Under the pieces are notes generated by a model that saw nothing but the letters and a program-made list of their open reading frames with translations, was not told where the DNA came from and did no database searches. This document shows positions 50,537 to 61,744 of a stretch of 64,000 nucleotides of DNA, one piece after another. How positions within the stretch are numbered: position 1 is the stretch's first letter; every line of letters begins with the position of its first letter. Source of the DNA: Negaprion brevirostris. Lineage: Eukaryota. A program made the position numbers and the translations under genes. Location: the NCBI GenBank assembly GCA_030324005.1, contig JARDVH010000110.1:56637807-56701806 (forward strand), in the 5' to 3' direction.

Positions 50537-51260
50537 GCCTCACAGCGCCAGGGATAGAGAACAAAGAAGAAAAATACAGCACAGGAACAGGCTCATTGAC
50601 CCTCCAGGTCCGTGGTGGTCATGATGTTTGAAGAGAACTACAAAAAAACCCCTTCTGTCCTTACTTGGTCCATATCCCTCTATTCCCTCCCTATTCGTGA
50701 ACTCATCCAGATGCCTCTTAAATGTTGCTAATGTACCTGCTTCCACCACCTCCTCTGGCTGTGTGTTCCAGGCACCTGCCCCTCTCTGCATGAAAAGCTT
50801 CCCCTGCACACCCCCCTTAAACTTTTCCCCTCTCACCTTGTACCTTGTAATTACTTTTTTAATTGACATTTCCACCCTGGGAAAAAAGCCTCTGACTATC
50901 CACCCTGTCTGTGCCTCTCAGGTCTCCTCTCAGCCTCTGTCTTTCCAGTGAAAACAATCCTAGTTCATTCAACCTCTCCTCATGGTAACACTCTCGAGGC
51001 CAGGCAACATCCTGGTGAACCTGCTTTGCACTCTCTCCAAAGCTTCCACATCTTTCTGGTAAGTGTGGTGGCCAGAATTGCAAGTCATATTCCAAATGCG
51101 GCCTTACCAAGGTTTTATATAACTGCACATGATTTCCCAATTCTTTTACTCAATGCCCCAGCTGATGAAGGCACGTGTCTTCTTAATCACCTTGTCACCT
51201 ACATTGACACTTTTCGGGAACTGTGGACCTGCACACTTAGATCCCTCTGTATATTAATAT

Positions 51261-51540
51261 GAAAAGAACAAAGAAAAGTACAACACAGGAACAGTCCCTT
51301 CAACCTCCAAGCCTGTGCCAATCATGATGTCCGAATTAAACTAAAAAAACCCATCTGCCCTTACGCAATCTGTATCTCTCTATTCCCTCCCTATTTATAT
51401 ACCCATCCAGATGCCACTTAAATGGTGTAAATGTGCCTGCTTCCACCACCTCCTCTGGCAGCATTCCAGGCACCCATCACTCTGTGTGAAAAACTTCCCC
51501 CACACATCTCCCTTAAGCTTTTCCCCTCTCACCTTGAAAG
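51261..51540 (-). mobile_element. Second CR1 3' end nested in the CR1
   Basis: Repeats the 3' UTR seen at 50556-50840; the host sequence atccctctgtatattaatat | tcctaagggttctgcc resumes after it. Confidence 0.85.
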
Positions 51541-51813
51541 ATTTTCCTAAGGGTTCTGCCATTTACAGTAAAATTCACACCTAAATTTGATTTTCCAAAA
51601 TGCATCAGCTCACATTTGTCTGGATTAAACTCCATCTGCCAACTCTATGCCCAAGTCTCTAATCTATCTGTGAAACTGTCCTGTTGTATCCTAAGACACT
51701 ATCAGCAACTCCACCAATCTTCATGTCAGACCTCCCACATTTTCCTCCAGATCATTTAAATATACTGCAAACAACAGAGGTCCCAGCACTGATCCCTGTG
51801 GAACACCACAAGC

Positions 51814-51978
51814 CTTTATATGCCCTGTTTCTGAACAGAACTCTCCATTCACCTGACAAAGGAACAGCGTGTTCCGAAAGCTTGTGGCATTTACTATCAA
51901 ATGAACCTGGACTTTAACCTGGCATTGTGAGACTTCTTACTGTGTTTACCCCAGTCTAAGGCGGCATCTCCACATCAT
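51814..51978 (+). mobile_element. Short Penelope-type insert with 13-bp TSD
   Basis: TSD gaacaccacaagc at 51801-51813 and 51979-51991; ends in ggcatctccacatcat, like 50410-50536. Confidence 0.85.
51849..51887 (+). ncRNA. Minimal type I hammerhead ribozyme fold (G8 to A substitution)
   Basis: tcac-CTGACAA-A-GGAACA-gcg-TGTTCC-GAAA-GCTT-gtgg: stem I, a 6-bp stem II, GAAA and a palindromic AAGCTT stem III. Confidence 0.72.
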
Positions 51979-52160
51979 GAACACCACAAGCTACAGATCT
52001 CCATTCTGAAAAAACACACTTACACCACTATCCTCTGTCTTCTATGACTAAGCCAGTTCTGTATGCATCTAGCCAGTCCACCCCGAATCCCATGTGATTT
52101 TAGTTTTTGTACCAGCTTGCCATGTGGGATCCAGTTTCAATTCCAGCCTTGGGTAACTGT

Positions 52161-52197
52161 ACAACAGCCTAGTTGTGATTCTAATAAATAAACTTTA
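52161..52197 (+). mobile_element. 37-bp type B tail insertion
   Basis: agcctagttgtgattctaataaataaacttta flanked by TSD aactgt. Confidence 0.75.
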
Positions 52198-52786
52198 AAC
52201 TGTCAGTGTGGAGTTTATGCGTTCTCCCCATGTCTGCGTGGGTTTCCTCTGGGTGCTCCGGTTTCCTTGCACAGTCCAAAGATGTGTGGGATATGTTAAT
52301 TGGCCATTCTAAATTGCCCCTTGGTGTCAGGGAGATGAGTAGGGTAAATATGTGGGGTTATGGGGATAGGGCCTGAGTGGGATTGTTGTCGATGCAGGTT
52401 CAATAGGCTGAATGGCCCCTTTCTGCACTGCCAAAATTTTATGATTTATTCTTTAGTTGGTGTAAGATCTCAGCACGAATTGGCTATTTACTGTATGGCA
52501 AGGAACTACATGGTGGCTAGCATGAAAGTGTCCTCTTTATTGAATTGAATTCTAACTTTAAGTGTTAAAGCACAATTTGGTGCTGGATTGAGAATTTCCA
52601 GACCCATTTCTCTCAGAACACTTAGTACTGTCACAATGCAGCTCTCCATTTCCTTGACGGTCTAATTAGCTTAAATGAGAGTTCAGTGCTACTGTATAAA
52701 AAAAATAATATTTAGATGTCAATTCCTTTTGTGCCGCTCCTTGACAGTCAATAGGAATGCTTATTCAAGGAACACACCTCAGGATT

Positions 52787-53078
52787 ATCATAGAATCCTG
52801 ACAGTGCAGAAGAAGGCCATTTGGCCCATCGAGTCTGCACTGACCACAATCCCAGTTAGGCCCTATTCCCACAACCTCATGTATTTACCCTGCTAATCCC
52901 CCCAACACGAGGATCAATTTACCATGGCCAATCAATTTAACAAACAGCTGCCTGAGGAAACCCACGCAAAACGCAAGGAGAATGTGTATACTCCGCACAG
53001 ACTGTGACCCAAGGCCAGAATTGAACCCAGGTCCCTGATGCTGCGAGGCAGCAGTGCTAACCACTGTGCCACCGTACC
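52787..53078 (-). mobile_element. HE1-like SINE with internal deletion, CR1-type tail
   Basis: catagaatcctgacagtgcagaagaaggcc...gcagtgctaaccactgtgccaccg. Confidence 0.9.
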
Positions 53079-54044
53079 TATAGCTTTATTGGGTGTAACA
53101 GTTAAGCTTTTAGACAAAGATGGGCATCCACCTTGACTGGAAAGACCCCTTTGAGAGTGAGAAATCCAGGAGGAAATTCCTGACAGTCCATTCTCATATT
53201 TGAAACAACCAAAAGTGACATTATCACCATCAGACTCAAGAACAAAAGAGGAGACAGGACGAGTGTTTGATGGCTGCAATAACAATTATGAGATCCTATT
53301 TTTATGCTGAGACATTTTGCAATGGGAACCGATACCTCTCTTTTCCCCACGTTCCCACTGCATCATTTTGACCTCCACCAACAGCTTGTCATATTTCTCT
53401 TCATTGTTAAAGAGTGGATAAGTGTGGCCTTTTCTTTAGCTAAAAACACATCTCACTTGCCATTAAATTGTACTTAGGTTTTGTATTGAACATTTGTAGC
53501 TGTCACTGTCTTGGATAATTTCCTATATATCATGAATTCTCACAATTGACTGGTCACATTTATAAGCTGCAGATTCTGTTACTTGTTCCCAGGGACCACA
53601 GCGATATGTCAAGTGCATTCTGACTGTTCTTTTGTAGATCAGATATGTCAAAAATTTTCAGATATGTATCCTTTTACATATAAACCATTTCAACTTCTCA
53701 TATATGGATTCTAAACAGCTCTAAGGTATTTGATACAGAAAGCATGCAAGATCTCAACAGGATTGCACCTTCCAAGTGCCAATATATGATGTTTCCCATC
53801 TTTACTATAGTCTAGTATTCAACTATTGATTATCATTTGATAAACCAAAGGGATTTATGCTAATTGCATTAACTTATCTCTGAGAAGGTCAGCATCCATC
53901 ATCTGTATTAAAATGCTCTGACACTTGGCACTGGCCCCTTGCCCTTTTTTATGTGTTACAGCAGATATCCAAAACTCTCGTGGGAGTGTAGGACAGCTGA
54001 GAGTCAGGACAAGGCCAATTCCTATTTTATGACTCTTGCAGAGT

Positions 54045-54452
54045 TACATAGAAACTGTAAGCAGGAGGAGGCCATTTGGCCCTTCANNNNNNNNNNNNNN
54101 NNNNNNNNNNNNNNNNNNNNNNNNNNNNNNNNNNNNNNNNNNNNNNNNNNNNNNNNNNNNNNNNNNNNNNNNNNNNNNNNNNNNNNCCTTCAAGCCTGCT
54201 CCATCATTCATCTTGATCATGGCTGATATTGAATTCAATATCCTGATCCCCCTTCCTCCCATATCTCTTGATCCTTTTATACCAAAGAGCTATATCCAAT
54301 TTCTTCTTGAAATCAGACAGCGTTTTGGCCTCAACTATATTCTGTGGTAGTGAATTCCACACATTCACTACCCTCTGGGTGAAGAAATTTCTCCTCACCT
54401 CAGTTCTAAAAGATATACCCTCAAATTATGACCCCTAGTTCTGGATTCCCTT
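54045..54452 (-). mobile_element. CR1 3' end (spans a gap)
   Basis: RRNFFTQRVVNVWNSLPQNIVEAKTLSDFKKKLD. Confidence 0.92.
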
Positions 54453-56574
54453 AGTTCTCCAGTTGTTGCTGTTGGAACTCTTGGATGCAGGCGCATTTCA
54501 CAAAGCTGTCGTTAGACTTGTGCCAGAAGCCCCAACAAGGTAGCTGGCCAGAAAGATAACAAAAAATCTGAACGGTCAGTCGTTTGGACTTTCAAATCAG
54601 ATCTCCAAGTCTTGGGGTATTCCACTGTGTGTGGTCTCCAACTCTTTTGCTGATGCTTGCCGCTACTTTACACCACTAAGCCCAGCACTGGGTATGACAT
54701 GGCCCCTGATGATGGCTGGGATGCCACAGCAAACTTTGGTTGCCATGTTCCAGCTGCATGACAAAGCAGATGGGGAAAAGAGGAGAATTTACTCCACGTC
54801 CAAAAGAGGTAAAAGTGACTCTTAAATCCCAAATATCTGTCCACATAAATCAAGGGAGTGCATCTAGTGTGTGCTTGACATACTTCAACCTGAAAAGAAA
54901 GAGAAATCCTGTTATTATTTGGTGTTTTTTTCGATAACCTAATCTCTTCTCAGAGGCTGTGAATTTCAAGCATCGTCCAACCTACTGAAATTTCTCTTGA
55001 GAAATTGGCTCTAACTGATTTCAAGACGTGAGCATTTATACCTCTGTCACACAAGTGTATCTACAGAGTGCCCTTAAAGGAACAGGTTAAATGTAAACAC
55101 AACTTCATGTTTCCAGCTAAATAACACAATTACTCTCCAGGCAGCACATGAGCAAGACCACTGGAGATCAACAAGCAGATTTTATAATACTTGGAAGAGA
55201 ACCATTTCCTGACTGGAATGTCATCTTCACATGACAATTGTGACTTGCTTAAACCTCACCCTTTGCATTCAGGATGGTGGGTGATCGCTCCCAGTTTTTA
55301 AAATGCATCATCTTACTCTCTTTAGAGTTTCAGTTTTATAAGAACACACAGTTATTTATTACTTTCAATACGCTGAACTTTATGCCTCTGTTGCTTCCTA
55401 CGTAAACATTACCCATGCAATTCAAACATGTCCCAGGTTGTGACACAGAGCGACATAGCACGGAGTATGAATCCATCCTAAATTAACATTTTTGCAACAA
55501 GTAAATGTAATGTTTAACTAACTCACCAAAGAACAGTAGCTCCCTGAAAGCTGAAACTAAACTGTTCTGCTGATGACTAGCCCCTAAGTGAATTCTCATT
55601 AACTGCAAGTGGATTTTATCTCTTCCCCGTGATGTCAGGTTGCTGTTTGTCTTTCAGTTTCACTGATATTGCTCCCAGCTGTCTATATAACCCTAGTTAG
55701 AGATATACAGCCTTTTACAACCTTTTTCCACTGCCTGAACACCCACAATTTAACACTGATGATGTGTTAACCATCCTATATTTACTCTGAATGGTACATA
55801 TTTATTTCATTCATCATATAATGACAGATAATCAGAAAGTCATTACTTGGCCTGCACTGTGCAGTAGCTCGATTGGGGCGTGATTGAGCAATGCAGAATC
55901 CGTGGCTTGTATGTATTAACCACACTCCACATAGGACACATAATGAATACATAATGCCTAAAGAATGGTTCAATGAGGCAAGGAGGGAATATAAATAGGA
56001 AGAATCTCAGGGCTACAACTGGAATGTACATTAGACTGATTTATCGACATAGAATTTGTATGATTAGGTGATCAATGGGGAGTGTCGCACTCTCTCTGAG
56101 GCAGAAGATTCCACGTCAATGGGAGCACCATCAACAGCTATACACTTCACGGCTGGAAAGCAACATTAACATAAATTAGTCTACCAGGTGCTATTGCTCA
56201 ATTAAAAGTAAGCCGAATTCTTTGATGTGTAGGAGGGGACAAGTGCAGGGAAAACACACCTCGACTACCTGTGCCACTGGTGTTGAGAAGAGTGTGCAAT
56301 GTGCAGTCTGAGAAAATCTGGCCACAGGTCACACCTGTACGTAATATCATGTACAGATGATACTATTTCACNNNNNNNNNNNNNNNNNNNNNNNNNNNNN
56401 NNNNNNNNNNNNNNNNNNNNNNNNNNNNNNNNNNNNNNNNNNNNNNNNNNNNNNNNNNNNNNNNNNNNNNNTGATACTATTTCCCTGTTGATTTTTGCCC
56501 TTCAAGGTCGATGTTCAGAAGCATCAGCAAAACATGAGGCCTTAGTCTTTGATATTCAGCATGACAAGCATTTT

Positions 56575-57146
56575 TATTAAGCAGTCTGCCCAAGGACAGG
56601 TTCCTACTCACTTCTCCATGAGTCACGGTCTCTTGCTTCTTCTCCAGTTGCACATAGGAGCCTCCCATTTTCAAATTCAAGTTGCCTAACATTATAACTT
56701 CCTTCCTCCCTCTTGGTCCACATCCCTCGAATCTTCCTTCCATCACCTCCTTCAGCAAATTATCATACCTCAGAATATGTCGAGTCCAAACATGTTGCCT
56801 TTCCTTGATGATATCCATTGACAATCCTTCCTCCTCCACAATCCTGAAAACTCTTTCATGGCTCTTGTGTTTTCCCCAGCTGACTCACCTCATCCTTCTT
56901 CAGAATCACTTGATCATAACTTTCTAGACTTTGGGTATCCACTCTTCTGAAGGTCCTCATTTCACCCCTGTTCAACGATTCACGTCAAATCATAGTTTTG
57001 ATAATTATTTCTTTAAGATCAATATCAATTTATATGCTTGACAAATCTTCATGCTTGAAGAATGCATGTTTTGCTATTGGTATTCTAGCTCTGATTTCTT
57101 TATGGGAGTAACGATCTCCTGACAAGATACTTTCCAGATACTGAAA
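56575..57146 (-). mobile_element. RTE-clade LINE 3' part
   Basis: FQYLESILSGDRYSHKEIRARIPIAKHAF...IKERQHVWTRHILRYDNLLKEVMEGRFEGCGPRGR, with 3' end gaacctgtccttgggcagactgc. Confidence 0.85.
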
Positions 57147-57372
57147 AAAGAAGCTCTATGTGAAGTACAGAAAGATGCCAAGTGGTTGGGGGGGGGGAGG
57201 TTGGATGTTGAGAGTGGGTCAACTGGTGAAGACAGTGAGATTTGTAGAACTTCTACACTAATGAATGAAGTGGTGAAAGCTTATGGAATGAAAACTAGTG
57301 CAAAAGAAAACAAAAGTTAAAGAAAATTGGGAGAAATAATGGCAAAAAAGCAGAGGCCAAGATCAAAGACCA
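57147..57372 (+). mobile_element. Inverted upstream segment of the same RTE (RT core)
   Basis: KEALCEVQ...RVGQLVKTVRFVE...MNEVVKAYGMKTSAK/KTKV/KIGR corresponds to the RT RFADD and GMKINxKKTKVM motifs. Confidence 0.7.
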
Positions 57373-57857
57373 GCAGCCAACATCAAAAAGCCAAGTTCCT
57401 TCACAGATTTTGAGTCTGTGCTATTCTCTTGTGGGGGTAACTTTGATGGGGTTGGAAAATAAATGGTAGCTAGAACACACCGAAGCCAATTTTTTGTTGG
57501 AAAAAAAACAGATCAAACAGCTAAAAAAAATTGTAAGTGTGGCATAAAAGTGTGATAGTGTTAAACTGGCAAAGTTCATTCTCGAACCAATGACTTCCAA
57601 TGTAATACCAGCATATGTCCTGAGATAGAGTTCACACTGAGTCAGAGGATGTGCTGTTTAATGCNNNNNNNNNNAGGAGGAGAGGCCATTGGTCCTCAAG
57701 GCTGGGTGTAATGAGTAGGAGATTCTGAGGCCTCTCAGGACAGTCAGGGGGATACCACATGCTGGGAACACCAATAGTGGATGGCAGAGTCTGGGAGCAT
57801 TTTGAATGGCAGTAAGGAACAGTGGGACTAATGCAAGGAGTGCGTTGTAGTCTGGTA

Positions 57858-57985
57858 CCATGACAGGTCATTGACATAAAATCTCAAATCTTGTTCCTCT
57901 CTCCACAGATGCTGCGTTACTTTCTGTTTATTTCTAGCATTTCCCACTTTTATGCAGATTTCCACCCCCTGCAGGATTTTGCTTT
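57858..57985 (+). mobile_element. Penelope-like terminal-repeat remnant
   Basis: gacaggtcattgacataaaa...ctctctccacagatgctgc...tttctagcatt...cagatttcca. Confidence 0.65.
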
Positions 57986-58549
57986 TGTCTATCATCAAAG
58001 TTCTTTTTTGCACCACATGTCTTCAATTTAGCATCCACACTCCCCACCCGCACCCCGCCATATTGTGCTGACTTGAAAAGAAGTCGAGGAGACGGTAACC
58101 TGCCCCCTGTGCATGTGGAAGCAGTAGCTCCTTCTCTCTGCCGTGCCTTATGTTGCTTCTTTCTACAGGTGCCCTTTGAGTGCAGCTACAAAGAACATAT
58201 TGTTCCCAACACAATAGAAACATTTGAATGATTGTCCTTTTCTAAAAGGGTATCAAACAACAGTGCTGTTGTAATCCAGCATAAAGGAAATGTTTCAGCC
58301 TTTAGAATGTCCTGAAACACAACCGTCTGATAGCTTTTCCAAAATCAATAAAGTAGTATTGTGCCACACAAACAAGGCACAGAATTATTTACTGCAAGTC
58401 TAACAGTTGAAAACAGTAGATGGATCCTATAGTATATTTTCATTATTTTGTCTTTTATCAGTTTTCTGTTCAGCTTTTCTTTCGGGGAGGAATGTGAACA
58501 GCTGAAGTAGACATTAGCAGAAAGTCAAATCCATGTTCAGGTAGATTTT

Positions 58550-58982
58550 CTTTCTGTACTCACTCGTTGGACACGGGTGTCGCAGGCTGGTCAGCATTTA
58601 TCGCCCATCCCCAGTTGCCCTTGAAAGTGTGGTGGTGAGTGCCTTCCTGAGTGATTCACAAAACTGAGTGGCTTGCTAGGTCATTTCAGAGGGCAGTTGA
58701 GAGTCAACCACATTTCTGCGGCTCTGGAGTCACATGTAGGCCAGACCAGGTAAAGACGGCAGATTCCCTTCCCTTCCCTGAAAGACGTTAGTGTACCAGG
58801 TATTTTTTTTTCCTACAATTGACAACAGTTCCTTGGTCATCAGAAGATCTTCATTCCAGATTTTTCTATTGCATTCAAATTCCACGACTGCCATCGCAGG
58901 ATTTGAACCCGTATATGACCCCGGGTCACCAGAACATTAGCTGAGTTTCTGGATTAATAGTCCAGCGATAATACCACTAAGA
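58550..58982 (-). mobile_element. SINE family 2, near full length
   Basis: The head, body and LINE-F2-type tail (ggggatgggcgataaatgctg on the minus strand) are present. Confidence 0.88.
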
Positions 58983-58994
58983 GATCCATCACGT

Positions 58995-59385
58995 GGAGAA
59001 ATGCTTGAAGCTGAGGCAGTTGACCTTAGAGCAGAGAAGGTTATGGGAAGATCTAACAGGTTTTTAAAATCATGAACAGTTTTGTGGGTATATAAGGAAT
59101 AATTGTTTCCAACTGGTAAAATGTTGCTAAGCAAAGATCAGAGGTTCACAATAATTGGAAAACAAACCAGATGATGAGGAGAATTACTTTAAGCTGCTAA
59201 ATGTGGTACCCTGCAATCCATGGCCTGAAAGGCTCGTAGAAGCATAACATTCAAATGGGTATTGGATAAATAGCTGAACGATGATGGGGAGAAGACAGGA
59301 GCATGGAGGTAAATCTTCAAAGAACTGGCAAGGAATAATGGGCCAAATGGCTCCAGTTTTGGCTGCATCATTCTTTTCTACATTT
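58995..59385 (+). mobile_element. Old CR1 3' fragment
   Basis: ccttagagcagagaaggttatgggaagatctaac...gggccaaatggctcc. Confidence 0.7.
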
Positions 59386-60087
59386 GACTCTAGCATAATT
59401 ATCAAGCATCCCTAAATCAGAGAATATGCTACACAGCAAACACTTTATCTAACTTTCCCTAATGGTGTGCATTAATCTCAGCCTCAGGTCTGTACTGGCT
59501 TTTTTTCCCCCTAGTTCATCTGTATGCGGCATTGTGCTGCGACCTTGCAGTTACTAGGTACCGAGCACAAACTATCCAAAACTCAATTTGCATAGGATTC
59601 ATGAAGTAGATAAAAGGCAGGCAACAATAGGCCAGNNNNNNNNNNNNNNNNNNNNNNNNNNNNNNNNNNNNNNNNNNNNNNNNNNNNNNNNNNNNNNNNN
59701 NNNNNNNNNNNNNNNNNNNNNNNNNNNNNNNNNNNNNNNNNNNNNNNNNNNNNNNNNNNNNNNNNNNNNNNNNNNNNNNNNNNNNNNNNNNNNNNNNNNN
59801 NNNNNNNNNNNNNNNNNNNNNNNNNNNNNNNNNNNNNNNNNNNNNNNNNNNNNNNNNNNNNNNNNNNNNNNNNNNNNNNNNNNNNNNNNNNNNNNNNNNN
59901 NNNNNNNNNNNNNNNNNNNNNNNNNNNNNNNNNNNNNNNNNNNNNNNNNNNNNNNNNNNNNNNNNNNNNNNNNNNNNNNNNNNNNNNNNNNNNNNNNNNN
60001 NNNNNNNNNNNNNNNNNNNNNNNNNNNNNNNNNNNNNNNNNNNNNNNNNNNNNNNNNNNNNNNNNNNNNNNNNNNNNNNNNNNNNNN

Positions 60088-60240
60088 CTCCGGTTTCCTC
60101 CTACAGTCTGGAAGACGTGTTGGTTAGGTGCATTGACCTGAACAGGTGCCGGAATGTGGCGACTAGGGAAATTTCACAGTAACTTCATTGCAGTGTTAAT
60201 GTAAGACTACTTGTGACTAATAAATAAACTTTAAACTTTT
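60088..60240 (+). mobile_element. HE1-like SINE, type B, 3' part
   Basis: ctccggtttcctcctacagtc...cttgtgactaataaataaactttaaacttt. Confidence 0.88.
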
Positions 60241-60244
60241 AAAA

Positions 60245-60715
60245 GTCAGCCTCCAGAGGTGACAGTCTGACTTACTATCAAATGTCAATGTTCTATCCCA
60301 ATATGCACCTTTGGGATGAAATGATTAAAAGTGGTCAACTTGCATGAACATTAAAAAAAACTCTTCATTATTCAAAGAATTCTTCTGGCCCACTAGTCAA
60401 CATTCATGCCCTACGGTGATCATTTAACTAATAGGCTGTTTGTTGGCTCTTGCTGTGCACACATTGGCTGCCTTATTTGAATATTTACACTTTTAAATAA
60501 TTTACCTGGCAGGATTTTCCAGCTGCATTCGCTCCAAGGCTGGAAATAACCACCTGCAGTCAATGGACTTTGCGTGGTCGGCCCCCGCTCGCTACGATTC
60601 CCATGGCAGGTGGAACAGGAAAACTCCGCCCAGCGTGCGTGAGCCAATTTGAGATGTTTCTAAAGCACAGAATAAAGTGACACTGCCCCCAAATAAAGGC
60701 AAGCCTCTTTTACTT
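60245..60715 (+). mobile_element. Old Deu-domain SINE interrupted by a MITE
   Basis: gctgtttgttggctcttgctgtgcacacattggctgcc (60435-60472) matches the Deu core gctgtttgtgggagcttgctgtgcgcaaattggctgcc. Confidence 0.65.
60507..60632. mobile_element. MITE (Harbinger-type termini)
   Basis: TIRs tggcaggattttcc / ggaaaactccgccca. Confidence 0.7.
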
Positions 60716-61744
60716 TCATCTTGCCCGTTAGATAAAAAATTCTGTTAGGTAGGGTCACATCACGTCCTCCACACCTGGATGATTTTCTCAACCCCTCCAT
60801 TCAATCCTTTCATCTCAACTTGACTCCACTGGCCACTGTGCGTGCCAAACAGCCAGACCAAAATCATCATACAAGGCAAAATATGCAACACACACTTCAA
60901 CGTAAGGGTATAAAATCAAACTACTTGAACTTTAATACATTCATATATTTATGAATAAAATATTTAAAAGCATGAGTAACTGGCTAAAAAAAAATTGTCT
61001 GTGCTCTTTCAGGAACAAAATCTATTTCATATGACAGAATTATTAGCAACCAATTCAGAATTCAAGACTCCTAATAAAATATTAATATTTACTAATGAAA
61101 ATNNNNNNNNNNNNNNNNNNNNNNNNNNNNNNNNNNNNGAACTGTGAATTGTGACTTGTTTTTTTTCTCTCTCTCATGAAGTTACTAAAGCTGTTTCCTT
61201 TCTGCTAACAGATTGCAAACCCCCTTAGAAATCTGATTTACCACAGAACTGGCATCAGTCAGAGGCAGATAGGAAATCTAACAAAAATATATTTCAAATG
61301 TTCCTTGATGTACGTTAATGGAATAAACGGACAGGCTGAACAGTCTTTAAACAATCTTATCTTGGCCCTCACTTATTGATGCACAAAACATTCCAGCAAT
61401 GATTTACCAGGTGCTTCTTTCTCCTCTTACCATGGGCCACCGTAAAGATTTGAAAAAAGTCTCATTCCACTATCCACTCTCCTCCCCCATTCTCCCGATC
61501 ACCTCTTCTCTCTTCTTAATCAACTATTTAATTCCTTTCTAAAACAGATTATGGACTCTGCTTCCATTTTGATTTGTGTCGAAGAAGTCCGCATTCTACT
61601 CATTGTGCGAATAATATTTTGTGATTATCCTTAATGTGTGCCTGATTATTATTGCCTTGTCAATGACCAAAATGTAAATCTGGTGAAGAACTGTGCACAT
61701 AAAACGTTTAGTGGCTTGCAAATTGTTTCATTTAGAAACTGTTC

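Larger units (their letters stand above)
50556..52125 (-). mobile_element. CR1 LINE, 5'-truncated, hosting two further inserts
   Basis: LYKTLVRPHLEYDLQFW and GTLATFKRHLDEF; flanked by gggat/gggat. Confidence 0.92.
50379..52446 (+). mobile_element. HE1-like SINE fragmented by three direct insertions
   Basis: Pieces 50379-50409, 50537-50555, 52126-52160 and 52198-52446 rejoin into a complete SINE. Confidence 0.88.

Noticed and set aside
3016-53078. Recurring peptides such as GLWEETRAPGGNP, DCGRKPEHPEETH and WVSSGCSGFLPQSKD suggesting a gene family
   Set aside because: They are chance translations of the same non-coding SINE body.
57630-57860. Possible Harbinger transposase remnant
   Set aside because: The similarity is too degraded to support by eye and needs a frameshift-aware BLASTX.
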